The notes under the pieces were generated by a model, which was not told where the DNA came from, searched no databases, and saw only the letters and a program-made list of their open reading frames with translations. From contig OZ024741.1 in the NCBI GenBank assembly GCA_964016885.1, positions 362,204,001 to 362,268,000 of the forward strand: a stretch of DNA of 64,000 nucleotides, given 5' to 3'. How positions within the stretch are numbered: the first letter of the stretch is position 1; every line of letters starts with the position of its first letter. The translations under genes were made by a program, and so were the position numbers. Below, one piece after another: positions 1-13,399 of this stretch. The stretch is from Eledone cirrhosa (Eukaryota).

Positions 1-253
1 CTTAAAAATGTGATGTGACTGTTGTATTTTGTTTTGATGAAGATGAGGTTAGAGAGATGCATGGATGATTGGATGTATATAGGAGGGAGAGGTTGGAGGA
101 AGCGTTTGAGAGTGGAATGGAGCTGGTGGAGAAAAGATTTGAGATTGGGCATGTTGAAGGTACTAAGAGAAAAATAGATGGGTGAGAAGAAGAAGGTTGT
201 TTAAGAAGATTATAGTAGAGGAAAAGTGATAGAGAGTCGTGGTATATTTAAAT

Positions 254-442
254 AACTGTTTCTACTTTTGGCACAAGGCCAGCAATTACCCAGTACATTA
301 CTGGTACTTTATTTTATCGACCCCGTAAGGATGAAAGGCAAAGTTAACCTCGACGGGATTTAAACTCAGACCGTAAAGGGACGTAACTATGCTAGAAAGC
401 ATGGCGTCCAACTCTTTACTGATACTGCCAATTCACCGCCCT
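254..442 (-). mobile_element. tRNA-derived SINE (MetaSINE/Sauria-core-like)
   Basis: Reverse complement contains a B-box-like GAGTTTAAATCCC and the core GTTAACTTTGCCTTTCATCCTT...GGTCGATAAAAT; about 10 copies in the window. Confidence 0.7.
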
Positions 443-1117
443 ATATTTAAATAATGCAAGCAAAGAAAATGTCAGTGATACGAAAGGATTTCCTGGTGGA
501 AGTTCAGGTAAACTCCGGGTGTATATCCAGTTTCAGAGTGAAAATCCAATTCGAAAATCCAACGAATTTGAGAGGTCCACGTAATATATATGTATGTAAA
601 AGGTAAACAGAAATAACAACACCATCGGTACAGTATATGGAAGGATTATTTTAGGTTAACGCTTGAAATAGCAGGAAGAGGGTCTTAACCTTTCGGTCGC
701 TAGTCCTTCACCAGAAGAAAGAATGAGAAATTAAATAGATTGAAGGGACGGGCGGGGGAGAACTGGAAAAAGATGTCTTTAGATAAAAATACCAGGTCCA
801 TTCATGTTGCCATCTCTTGGAAAACTGTTGATGCTGGCGTTTTGTGTATGATATATTTTTTTTAGAAAAGTGGATGATGGGGCGCGTCTACCTCAAATGG
901 AAAAAAAAACCGTTTTGTATAAAGAGCTATAGTTTTGCGCGTGCGCGTGTGTGTAAATATGTGCGTGAATATGTGTGCGTGCGTGTGTGTGTGTGTGTTA
1001 TACGTCCGTACGAAGCTAAGAGGATATGTGTACGTATATGTAAGTAAAAGAGTGTGTGGCTGCTTGTAAGTACGAAGCTATGAGCAAAAATATGTTAATA
1101 TAAGGGTGTATGTGTGT

Positions 1118-1781
1118 GCATGTATATATCGTTTCCGCGTGCAACTGCCCCAGCGAGATCATCTCCGAATAACTAGATACCATCCTCGCCACGTTAGTCG
1201 TCACCCCCCCCCCCCCTCCTACATCCATGATACCACTCATGTCCTTAGACTCTTTAACCCCTTCTCCTTCTCTCCTGACCCCTCTCGCCTTCTCTTCACC
1301 CTGGACATCACCTCTCTCTATTCCGTCATCCCTCGTGATGACGGCCTCCGTGCTCTCTGACACTTTTTAGACTAACGCCCTACCCCTCACCCCAGCACTA
1401 CCACTCTTCTCCGTCTGGCTGAGCTTGTTTTGACCCTTAATAGCTTTCCTTTTCTGATGAATTCTATCAGCAGGTCTCTGTGGGTAGCGATGGGAGCCAG
1501 AATGGGACTAAACTATGCCAACTTGTTTGTTAGCCAAGTCGAAGCCCAGATCTTCTCCCAGTACGCTGGACCTACTTCTGAGCTATACGGTCATTATATC
1601 GACGACTGTATCGGCGTCACCTCTCTATCACGTGAACAGCTCGACTGCTTTCTATCTTTTGTCAAATCTGTTCATCCCGCTTTCACCTTCGCCGCCTCCG
1701 TCTCTGATTCTTCTGTCCCTTTTCTCGATATCTACCAATCACTCTCACCACATTCTCTCTACTTCCATCTTCTATAAACCC
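1118..1781 (+). mobile_element. Penelope-like element (Neptune-type), RT fragment, degenerate
   Basis: LFTLDITSLYSVIP, AMGARMGLNYANLF, YIDD and FLDI motifs across frameshifts. Confidence 0.85.
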
Positions 1782-1782
1782 C

Positions 1783-2420
1783 ATAAAACCACTGTTGCTC
1801 TGATCTTTAGGGCAAGTGCCCTATCCCAGTTGTACTCCTCCAATCTACAAGCTTACATTCATAGCGGGCCCATTCACTCGGGCCATGCTCGCTTCTCTCA
1901 CCCACCTTTAAACAAATTGGTTTGAAGGCAGCACTTCTCCCTCTACCCTTATTTTCCTCCTCAAGTGGAATTATTCAGGGCTTCTCCAAATAGGAAAGTG
2001 CTCGTCTTCAAACCTTTCAAGCGTGTCCACCATGCAACCGCTTTCGCCATGGCCACAAGACATAAAAACGGCCTGCTCTTCTTGACTAAAAGAAGGCGGC
2101 GAGACAATCTTCCCAATGGACTCGGTTGATAACCGAATTTGCCCTACACGTGACAGCAGGTGTTCGACATAAACTCACAAGTCAGCAATGCTCGGACACT
2201 GGACGATTGCGAGCAGGACGGTTTCGTTGTCATGCGTGCATCTCGGACAGGCCCGGCTGACGGCACTTCCATGTCTGTAGAGTTTATCTCGAACTGGCAA
2301 AACTCCTCAGTATCACTGTCATGCCAGAGATTTCTGGAAATTATCCATAAGCTCTGGACCGAAAGTCCTTCGGAAAATAGTGGCTAGTTGATTTTCGTCG
2401 ATGTCTAGAGTTTCTCTAAC
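1783..2420 (-). mobile_element. L1/Tx1-like LINE, ORF2 C-terminus (zf-RVT region) and 3' UTR
   Basis: Minus strand reads MDNFQKSLA*Q*Y*GVLPVRDKLYRHGSAVSRACPRCTHDNETV...QCP...VEREVLPSN, with several stops. Confidence 0.75.
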
Positions 2421-3264
2421 AACGTCTGATCATAGCGAGAACAGGTTAAAAGAGGAAGAGACGAAGGGAAACGGAAGTGAAAAGGGGAAGTGGTAAAAGG
2501 GTAGAGAGGGGGCAGAAAGGAGATAGATCGTTAGAGAGAAAGAGAATGAGTGGGAGAGAGAAAGGAAGAAAGAAAAGAGTTAATTCAAATTGGCTGAACT
2601 TAAGTTCAAAACTCACTCAACAACAAGTGTCTCTTCCTCTTTGCGCATGTTCTCACTATGATCAGACGTTTTTTTCTTCGCTCTCCCTCGTACTGTTAGT
2701 ACGGGTTCAGGACTTACGTTCGGTCTCCGTATTAACTTCTCCCTCTCTTCCCCTGGTTACTGCAACTTACATGTACTACTGTCTCGTGTTTCCCCTTCTC
2801 TATCGGTATGACTTTCTTTTTTGTCGTTCTCTTCGCTATCGTCTGCGGTTTTTCATTGTTTTTCCCCCGGATAACTATTGCTCTTAGTTAACGACGCACT
2901 GTGGTAGGATGTACTGTCTTTAATGCGTTCGAAACATCAGTGGTCCACAGAAGTGATCAACTTATCAAAACAGAATAACGACTTGAATTGAACGTGGGGA
3001 CATATAAAGAGACAGGGCGTTTCATTGGAAGAAGCAGAAGGTATAGTAAGTAAAATAGGGATGTGCATGCAGAGACAAAAAAGGTTTACAAATGGAATTA
3101 GTAGTTATTAATTTGATACAATGGCAATCCTACTTTTCCTGGCTAACTTTTGCTCGTCACCTTCGTACTCCCTATTTATTCATCACGCAAAGATTCGACT
3201 ACTGATAGATTTTTGCCCTCACACACACACACACTCTCTCTCTCTCTCCCTCTCTCTCTCCCTC

Positions 3265-3330
<66 letters not shown>

Positions 3331-3742
3331 TTTCTATCTATCTATCTATCTCCATCTCTCTATCCCTCTGTGTTCACTAAGCCTTGCACTTTTTAAAGGG
3401 ATTTATCCCAACAATATAGAAGTGATCGCTCCACGTACACAGAGACAGATAGAACAATTTTACAATTGGACATTATCAGTTATATCTTTTGTGAAGTAAT
3501 GTAAAGCTATTTCTTAAACTAGAATGTTTGTACCTGCAGTGTTTATCTTTTCTTTGAATGCACCACAACAGATAAGTTACATTTCACATCTACACATCTT
3601 CAATATATGAAAGTTCTATTTTCCAACCACGGACTAATTAAGCAAACGTGCGTATCTGTTAGGACAGAGCTGACCTAGATCTATGAATCAACAACAAAAG
3701 TGACCGTTGGTGTAAATTGATATGAATGATATATGCAACGTA
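2290..3742 (+). repeat. Local segmental duplicate of 12588-13679 (LINE fragment + pLTR-like repeat + P450 upstream region)
   Basis: 2290-2953 aligns by eye to 12588-13284, and 3415-3742 to 13400-13679. Confidence 0.85.
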
Positions 3743-4446
3743 GCCAGGACGACGATTTCGAAACCCATGCTCTTCACACGGCTTCTCGCTTCAACCGACC
3801 GTAACACAGCCCTCTCACCTCACCAGCGCCCTCCCAACACCCGCCTTCCTTCTCCTTTCACCTACCACCCCATCTCCCTACCACTCCGGTGACATATCCT
3901 CCGTTCCTTCCGCACCCTCTCTTCTGACCCCGTCACTTCTCATTTTTTTCCTAACCCATCTATTACCACATTTAAGCGCCCCCGTAACCTCCACAACCTC
4001 CTGATACGTTTCCCTCTCGTCCTCTCTTATGACTCCACCCGGCTCTCATCCTTGTTCTCGTCCCCGCTGCAACACTTATCCTTTCATTTCCACCCTCACC
4101 ACTCTCAAAGGCCCTAGCGGGTCATTCCGTATCCGCCACTCCTTCACCTGCACCTCCACCCACGTTGTCTACGCCCTCCGGTGTTCCCTTTGCGAGTCCT
4201 TATACATTGGACAAACAGGACGCCGTTTGGCGGGTCGTTTTGCTGAGCATTTGAGGGACATACGACTTGGTTTGGACACTCATGTCGCCCGTCATTTCCG
4301 TTCTCCTGGTCACTCTTCCCTACATGTCTCAGTCCTGGGTGACCTTTTACAACACTGATCACAAGCCTCGCGCACTGAACAGAGTCTGATTTACCGCCTT
4401 GGGTCCCGTTTCCCTCATGGACTCAACTCACCTCCCCAATTTCTTT
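3742..4446 (+). mobile_element. Penelope-like element (Neptune-type), linker and GIY-YIG endonuclease fragment
   Basis: SQDDDFE; FTYHP; CSRPRC; HVVYALRCSLCESLYIGQTGRRL..RF.EH..VARHF. Confidence 0.88.
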
Positions 4447-4652
4447 AATAACCCCTCCGTTATCACACACACGCTTGTACATTCACCCCTAGATTCATAT
4501 GGATCTCTTATGGTCAGAAACATACTCTTACAGCTAATACAGACCAACAAAATACACACATTCCACTTTTCCCTACACAGTTCTGTATACGCAGCTCTGT
4601 ATACACACACACCCTTATATTAACATACTTTTGCTCATCCTTCTTACTTACA

Positions 4653-4736
<84 letters not shown>

Positions 4737-5201
4737 TGCATACGCAACACACACAAGTATAGTTCTTTATACAAAACGGTTTTTTCCATTTCAGGTAACC
4801 GTGATACAGCTGAGATGTGCCATTCAAGTAATGGCGGGATGTTTGCTCTTTTGTTTTTTATTTTGTAATTTTTTCATTTTTTTTTGTATAGTTTTGTTTT
4901 CGTTTTTGCTTTTGAAAAAATCAATAAATTACGTTGGTCAATGTAAAAGTAAATACATGTGACATAAAGTAAATATTAAAAGACATAACGACACCTGTGA
5001 GAACATGTACTGAATTTCTGAAATATTCTATGTTCATTGAGCCTGTGTGAACATATATTTCTGCGTGTATATATATAAATAAATATATATGTGTGTGTGT
5101 GTCTGCATGTATATGTGCGTCAGAAAGAGAAAGAGAGAGAGAATGATGTGTGTGTGTGTATGTGTGTCAATATGTGTGTGTGTGTGTGTATTATTATTGC
5201 C

Positions 5202-8200
5202 TCTCTCACCCACCTTTCAACAAACTTGTTGGAAGGCAGCACTTCCCTTTCGACCCTAATTTTCCTTTTCAGGTGAAACCTGAAAAAGTTAATGAGGTCG
5301 TCACAGAAGAGGTAAGTGCCGTCTTCAAACCTTTCAAATGCGTTCACCATACGACTTCTTTTACCATGGCCACCAGGCAGATAAAAACTGCCGGCCCCTC
5401 CTGGTTAAAGGAGTGCGGCGGAGCAATCTTCACGATGGACTCAGCTGATAGCCGAATCCGACCTACACGCGACAGCAGATGCTCGACATAAACCCACCAA
5501 GTCAGCGATTCTCGGGCACTGAACGAGTGCGTGCAGGACGCCCTCGTCCCCTGACGCGAATCTCGGACATGCCCGGCTGACGGCACTTCCACGCCTGTAA
5601 AGTTATATATATATGCTTATGTGTGTGTATGTGTGTGTATGAGTGTGAATGTGTGGTTATCTGTATATGTGGCTGTGTGTATCTTTTTACCAAAGCATAA
5701 GTACATAGATTCACTCACCCACGTACATATACATATGTCTGTGTGTGTTTTGTATGTGTGGTGGTTTATGTGTGTATATATATATATGTGTATCTCTATG
5801 TGTGCATATGTATTTGTGTATTTATGTGTATATATATATGTGTATATCTATGTGTGTGTATCTGTGTGTGTGTGCATATGTGTGTGTGTATGCGTGCATA
5901 AATATGTGTGTGTATCTGGTTGCTTATGTGTATGTGTGTATGTGTGTCTGTGTGCATGTATATATGTGTGTGTGTGTGCGCGCGAAGTGGGACCGAGGTT
6001 TGCAATGCGTGAGCTGGGACGCGATGTACCCGTTGGCCACCCCCACTCTGTTTTTCAGGGATAGCTTCCTCTCTGCCCATTCTGGGTGAGAGGGGCCACC
6101 CTGCTTGCATCTCATCCCAGTTTATGTCCGTCTGGATCCGGACCGAACCAAACTCCTATCACTTTAACCGACCCCTCTGTACAGCGCCTGATGACGCTAT
6201 TGGATGGCATGGACCTGGTTCTCCTGGCGCCGAGCCGCAGGTCCACCGACGTTTCCTGGTTGATCATTGCTCCTGTCACCGCCTCGTATTCTCTTAGTGT
6301 AGTGCCGATCGCCTGGATGTGTTTGGCACTCGACACCAGTACGGTGACGTCGTCGCCATATGCTAACACGGTTCTCCCGCATCCCAGTTCACGTGGGACG
6401 CTCCTTAACGTCTCCAGTTTGTGCAGTAATGGCTCGAGAGTCAATACGCTCAACATGGACGAGAGGGAGCATCCTTGACGGAGCGAGCGCTTGATGTTGA
6501 ACGGTTCCGTTCAATCTCACCACAGAGCAGATGTCGCTGTGCATGTCAGCGATCCAGCCTCTGAAGACGGGTCCAAAGCCGGCCGCTCTCAGGGCCGCCG
6601 CCAGATAACCATGGTCAACCCTATCGAAAGCTTTTGACTGATCTAAATTGATAAAGGCTCCAGCTATGCCAGGTTCCCTAGCTACCCTCTCCACGATGTA
6701 TCGCGTGAGGTGGAGGTTGTCGTGGTTGGATCTGTCTGGAATGGCACATGTCTGCGCCTCTCCCACCAGACCACCGATGACAAGCGCCAACCTCTTTGCT
6801 AGCACCTTGTCCAAAATCTTGAACTCATTTAGCAGAGTTATGGGCCTGAAATTATCTATGTTGTACCCCTTGTTCGCGTTATTTCTCAGCAGCGCCATCG
6901 CTCCTCGGCCCACAGAGCTGTAAATTCTTCCGTTCTGCTGCCAGTTGCAGTAGACGTCCGCCAAGAGGTCGCCGAACAAGTCTGGCATGTGTACGTAAAG
7001 TTCGTAGGGCAGACTATCCGAACTAGGTGATTTACCCATTAAGCAGTCAGTCATTGTCTCCCGTACTTCAGCGGTTGTTACCGGCTTTTCGCAACATTCC
7101 GCCTCAGTGGCCGAGAGCCGCGGCAGACCGTCGAGGTAGGCACTAAAGTCCATCCCGTGATCCGGCCCGCCGGTGCCCCCGAACAGCTGAGCAAAGTGTC
7201 GCTGAAAAACCGCTCACATTTACCCGGGATGTGCCCGTCGTGGTCCTCCAAAGACCGGATCGTGGCTTTGTTGCCATGACGCACCTCCACCACTCGCGCC
7301 TATCGAACGGCTTTCGTCCTCTCGTTTCTGAGAGCAGGCACCCTAGCTCTAACAACGCAGCCTTCGTGCTTTGCATTGAAGAATTGGTCGAGATCCAATC
7401 TCGCCGCTACCACGCCGGTCGCGATGCCTTTACTAAGCGCCTCGTCTAATTTTCTAACTAGTTCTCCCTATGCTCTATTTTTCTCTATTGCTAATGTCTT
7501 ACTAAACTTAATGGACTCTATTCTAAATCCATTTATTGTTGACGACTGCCCCCGTCAACGCCCGCTTAACCTGTTCGCTAATCCGGTCTCTGTAGGTTCT
7601 GCGCGTTGTCAGCGACGCGTTCAGCTTCCAGTAGCCGGGTCCCTGTCTATGAAGCCTATCTAAGTCGACCACACAGATCATGAATTTGTGGTCTATGTAG
7701 TCGACTATCTTGAATTGTGCACAGCCTATGCTAGACCTATCTATTTCCTTACAAAATACCCTATTTAGATACGATCTGGATTACCCGATGCGGTTTGTCC
7801 AAGTCCACATTGGCACATTCGGGAAATCCAGACGGTACCTGTCAGACAGTTGGAAACGTCTGAGAAGGTTTGCGAGGCTTTTACACTCTCCTCCACTATC
7901 CACTAATCCCACACAATCCCAGCAGGCATCCAAGATCACTGCCAGCACCACCAACTTACCTTCTGGGTCCAAGAAGATGGCCCGTATCTCGAGATCCAGA
8001 CTTCTCCGGAACAACACAGCCACGCCTCCCCCAGATCCGGGACGGCTTGGAGATCTGTACACCTCGTAGCCACCGAAAATGGGTGCGAATGCCCATGCCT
8101 CGGAGATTCTGGTCTCGCCGATGGCCACCACATCTATGTTTAGCGACTGATATCGTTGAACAGGTGGCCCTGCTTTCAAGATGACCCAAGGCCACGTGCA

Positions 8201-9900
8201 TTTATACTGCCTGACCAGAAAGAAGCCATGTTGGATAAGATAGAAGGAAAACAAATGAGAGGGGGAAAGTAAAAACAATTTTACCTTTGCCTTTTTTAGG
8301 AAGCGGGTGGGTGATCCATCCCTCCGTCCAGTGGTGGATTTCTCCACGAGAATGTCAGAGTATATTCTTTTAGTGAGGTTCCCTCGAAAGTCTCCAATTG
8401 CCGCGGGGAACTTTTTCTTCAATATTGTGTAATTCTTTTGAGAGATTCCAATTATTTTTATGTGTGTGGGAGGTGCTATTTTGGTGGTTTCTATGTAATT
8501 TATTTCTGTGATGTTGGTGTGGTGTTGAATGTAATTTAAAAGCTTTTTGTCGTCTGTGTCAACAGCAGTGTATTGTGTGTGCTTTTGGGGTGTTGGTGCA
8601 TTCTGTGTTTGCTGTGGTGTTGCTGGAGGTGATGATGGGGTAGATGATAATGATGGCAGTGGTGGTAATGGTGATGGTGTAGGTGGTTGTGGGGGTGTGG
8701 CTGTTGATGGTGGTGGGGATGGGTCAATGACTTTTGAATTTTTTTTTTCCTCCTTTTTTGTAGGGTGAAGGTAGGGAGCGCTTTCTTTCTTTTCTTTTTT
8801 TTGCTGCGATGGTTTTCCACCCTTTAGTGTCATCACACCCTCTATCTGATTTAGCGGTATCGGGAAGGGGCATGCTCTCCATTGATCTTGTTGGCTCTGT
8901 TGGTGGTGGAGATGGTGTTTTTGTCGTTGGTGTCGCTGGTGCTGGTAGTTTTTCCGCCACTGCAGCCTCTGGTGATTTGGCCACTTCAGTCGCAGGGCAC
9001 GGAATACGGGGAAGTGGGAGCGCCTGCCCGCCTTGGTGAGTTTGGGACAGAAGGCCTTAAGGTGTGTTTTGTCTCCGCACCCGTGACACCTTGGGCGCCT
9101 ACCTTCGACAGTCACGAGTAGATGGTTGCCGTCGTCCAGGTTAATCACATCGGAGATGGCCTCCATGCTCTCATGGTTTGATTGGATGATTAGCCCCATC
9201 CCCGAGCCTGACTCGTTTTCCTGTCTTATACTTATAACGTCTAGGATTGTTGTTGACTCTTCGACGTCAGCGAGGACGGCAGCCATCAGCCAAGTGATCT
9301 CCACTGAGGTGGAACCTCGCGACTCTCTGACCCCAGTATGTGGGAACCATCACTATTTCGTCACTGCAGAGTGGCGTAATCGGGTGTGCTCTGGCTTCTT
9401 CGGGTGTAGCGAAGAGAACATCCATAGTGCCATATTTTGATTCTTGGGCTATGTAGGTTTTCTGTGCCGTCTGGACACAGAAAAACCTACTCGGTGCGAT
9501 TTGAGTTCAAGTGTACGATAAGAGACTATACACAGAAGTCGGTTTTTCCTGACGTCAGGTGGGTGAGGCTGACCCTGTGTCCGGTTTTCTTGACCAACAC
9601 CTTGACCTGCCTCAACTCCATGTCAACATTTTTGGCAGCCTTCGCGAATGATGTAGCTTGAGAGGTTCCTGCCTGTTGTGTTGCTGCCTCGACGTTTGAG
9701 TCGCTGTCGCACGACATCAAATTCAAAGTTGGGGTGTGTGGCTCCGCCATGTTATTTCCTCGATACATTTTTTTTTAACACCCAAAGTTTAAATATTTGG
9801 GCCCAAAAGCCCAAATGTTATGGGGAGTTATTTCTTGGGGTAAAAGACTAAAGTCTTATGCCCCTTTGAAACAAAAATATTAATAACACTATTCTAATTG
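5202..9900 (-). mobile_element. L1/Tx1-like LINE copy A (ORF1 gag-knuckle, APE endonuclease, RT, C-terminal fragment), degenerate
   Basis: ORF1 CHGCGDKTHLKAFC (CX2CX4HX4C); endonuclease AIGETR/SGGGVAVL; [27 protein letters not shown]; C-terminal piece at 5202-5604. Confidence 0.88.
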
Positions 9901-9909
9901 CCCTTTGCA

Positions 9910-12587
9910 GGGTAAACCACCACCTGTTGACGATCGCACCCGTCAATGCATGCTTAACTAATTCGCTAATTCGGTTTCTGTAAGCTTTGCGCACCGGGAA
10001 CGACGCGTTTAGCTACCAGTAACAGGGCCCTTGCCAATGGAGTCTATCTAAGTCGACTTCACAGATCACAAATATGTGGTCCGTGTAGTCGACTACTTTA
10101 AATTGTGGACAACTTACACTAGCCTTATCTGTTTCCCTACAGAATACCCTGTTTAAATACGATCTGGATGACCCGATGTGGTTTGCCCATGTACACATTG
10201 GCACATTCGGATAATCTAGTCGATTCTTGTCAGACAGTTCAAAACGTCTGAGCAGGTTGGTGAGGCTCTTACAATCTCCTCCCCTATCTACTAGCCCCGC
10301 ATAATCCAGCGTGCATCTAAGATACCGTTCAAGTCGCCCACTAACACGAAATGTCTTTAGACGTCTGAAGAAATCTGGCCGTCCTACCCCTGTTGGGATT
10401 AGACGGCTAGTAGCCTGAAATCATTGCCTTCGTTGCCGGTCACGTCCAGCACCACCGACTTACTTTCTGGGTTCAGGAAGATGGCCAGTATGGCGAGATC
10501 TAAGCCTCTCCAAAAAAGCACAGCAACTCCACCCCCCGCTCCCGGACGGTTGGGAGATGTGTATACATCGTAGCCGCCAAAGATCGGTACGAAGGCTTGT
10601 GTTTAGGAAATTCTAGTCTCGCTGGTGGCCACCATATCTATGTTTAGTTACCTGTGGTCGTTAAGCATGCGGTCCTGCTTCCAAGATGACCCCTGGCCAC
10701 GTACATTTACACTGCCTATTCCAAGTAAGGCTATGTTGGGTGAGGAATGGAGTATGTGAGAAAGGATCACTTACCTTGATCGTGTGGGGAAGGGACAGTT
10801 GAACTGTCCTTTCGGCTGGTCATTGGCGTCTCCAAGATAATGTCCGTGTATATTCTCTTGGTAAGCGACCCTCTGAAGCTCCCAACTGCGTTGGGAATTT
10901 TTTGTTTTAACTGCTTATTATGTTCCAGTTTGATCTCGACAATGTTTATATTTGTTGGTAATGTTCTTGGTGTTGGTGGGGTGTAGTAATTTTTGTCTGT
11001 AATGTCTGTGTGCTGCTTTATATGTTCCATAAATTCTTTATTTGTAATATTTGTGGCTGTGTAATTTTCTTTTTTTGGAGGAAGGGGGGTTGCTGTTTTC
11101 TTGTTGCTGCTGTTGGGGGGAAGAGCTTTAGTTGTGTTTGCGTTGTTGGTGTTTGTGGTGATGCTGGTGGTGGTGTGGTTGTTGTTGGTGGTGATGCTTG
11201 TGGTGGTGATGGTCATGGTCGTGGTGTTGCTGCAAGTCTCCTCGTAGTCTTTACCCCTCTTTGTTTGTCCTCGCTTTTAGAGAGTGAAGCTAAGGGGTTT
11301 TTCCTTTTTTTTGTGGCAGACCTTTTGCCACTCTACTCCCGCCTCACACTCCATGTTGGATTATGTGGCGTCTGGGAGCGGTATGAGCTCCACGGCTATT
11401 GGTGATGGTAGTGGAGCCCGCGCCGGCGATTTTGTCGCTGATGTAGCTACTGTGACTGTTTGTGTTGCCGCCACTGCTGCCGCTGTTTTAGTTGTCTGTG
11501 GCCTTGGTATGGGTACCACGGACGTTGCCCTCCTACTCACCGTGGAAGGGCCTGACGCTTCTGTTTCCTGCCCTGCTTCTGGTAGCAGCAGACTAGGTGT
11601 CGGAAGGAGGGAGGGGGGCTTTTCCTTTGCTGACTTCTGCGGGCAAAAGGCCCTGAGGTGATCCTTCGACCCACAGAGATAGCATTTGGGCGCCTTCCTT
11701 CCACGCTTATGGGGAGTTGAACTCCTTCTTCGAGGTCTATGCCGTCCGAGATAGCCTCGATACACTCCTGGTCAGTTTGGATTGGCATTTGCATTCCAAT
11801 ACCTGACCAGTTCTCCCTCCCTACACTCTGCACTTGCATCGTGGTCGTCCTGTCCTTGACTCCGGCGAGGACAGCCAAGGTATGGGCATGTCGGGCGGGA
11901 CCTAGTTCACTTTGAGCCTCACAATATTCTGCCCGCAGTAGGAAGGCACCAACACTATCTCCTCACTCTTTAGGGTTACCAAAGAGTGAGACTTCGCCTC
12001 TTGGGGGGTCGGGGTGGGGAGCAAAAAGTACGTCTATGGTGGCATATTTTTTGCCTCGGGTAATGTGGATTTAGCGTGCTCATACGCACCCCAAGGCCTT
12101 TTGAATTTGACCCACCGTGGCTCTCTCCACCCAATGTGATTTTTTGCTTATAGTGCGGTAAATCACCGTACGTAGCTGTTGGTCTTTGAAACAAATTGGG
12201 TGGAGGTTTCAAGGAGACTCTATTTGCTTTCCTAGTCACAATGGCCGTTGCGACCGCCATCTCCTCCTCCGTGACTATCACTGTCTCTACATTCCGAGCC
12301 AGCCCTGCAAAAGAAATGGTCCCTTTTTCAGCGGCACCATTATTTCTGCTGCTACTGCTGCTACTGGTCTTGTTGTTGGTGCTGTTGCTGCTGCTACTGC
12401 TACTATTGGTGTTGCTGGTGTTGCTGCTGCTACTGCTACTATTGGTGTTGCTGGTGTTGCTGCTTCTGCTGCTGGTTTTGCTGTTGGCGCTGTTGCTACT
12501 GTTGCTACTGCTACTGCTGTTACCGTTGTCCCTGCTGTTGCTGCTGCTGCTGCTCCTGCTGCTGTTATTGTTTTCAGAATTGTTTTC
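9910..12587 (-). mobile_element. L1/Tx1-like LINE copy B (ORF1 + APE endonuclease, 3'-truncated)
   Basis: ORF1 CYLCGSKDHLRAFC; Ser/Asn-rich N-terminus from (CTG)n-like repeats; endonuclease end TWANHIGSSRSYLNR..TDH; paralogous to copy A. Confidence 0.85.
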
Positions 12588-12716
12588 GAACTGGCAAAGC
12601 TGCTCGGTAACACTGTCATGCCAGGGATTTCTGGAATAATCCATGGGCCCTGGACCGAAAGTCCTTCCGAAAAGAGTGGCTAGTTGATTTTCGTCGATGT
12701 CTAGAGTTTCTCTAAG

Positions 12717-13284
12717 AACGTCTGATCATAGCGAGAACAGGCGCAAAGAGGAAGAGACGAAGGGAAACGGAAATGAGAGGAGGAGGTAGTAAAAGGGTAG
12801 AGAGATGGGGGAGAAAGGAAATAGATGGTAAGAAAGAGAATAAGTGAGTGGGAGAGAGAAAGGGGGGAGAAAGAGAGAGAAAGGAAGAAGGAAAAGAGTT
12901 AATTCAAATTATCTGAACTTAAGTTCAAAACTCACTCAACAACAAGCGTCTCTTCCTCTTTGCGCCTGTTCTCACTATGATCAGACGTTTTTTTTCTTCG
13001 CTCTCCCTCGTGCTGTTAGTACGGGTTCAGGACTTACGTTCGGCCTCCGCATTAACTTCTCCCTCTCTTCCCCTGGTTATGGCAACTTACATGTACTACT
13101 GTCTCATGTTTCCTCTTTTCTATCGGTATATCTTTCTTTTTTTGTTTTCTTTTTTGTCGCTCTCTTCGCTATTGTCTGTGCTTTTTTGTCGTTTTCCCCC
13201 GGATAACTATCGCTCTTAGTTATCGACGCACTGTGATGAGATGTACTGTCTTTAATGCGTTCGAAACATCAGTGATCCACAGAA
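12717..13284 (+). mobile_element. Penelope pLTR-like remnant with ~43-bp inverted repeat and decayed hammerhead (second copy 2421-2953)
   Basis: 12717-12759 is inverted at 12947-12989; CACT-GTGATGA...GAAACATC-AGTG at 13229-13274. Confidence 0.5.
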
Positions 13285-13399
13285 GACAGCCGACGAGCGG
13301 GAATTGTCCTTGTGTTTATGTTTGTGTTTCTCTTATGTTTTCTAAATAATATTTATTAGTAACTTCACAGCGCCTTTGTGACATTTTAATTTATATATA

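Noticed and set aside
683-718. Hammerhead-like motif (minus strand), same family as 25742-25777
   Set aside because: Core mutated to CUGGUGA and stem III cannot form
7781-9304. 507-aa ORF as a novel zinc-knuckle/endonuclease fusion gene
   Set aside because: Chance read-through of a frameshifted LINE ORF1 into the ORF2 endonuclease
12186-12683. Poly-Leu and Ala/Thr-rich ORFs resembling membrane or antifreeze proteins
   Set aside because: Alternative frames of the trinucleotide-repeat, Ser/Asn-rich start of LINE ORF1
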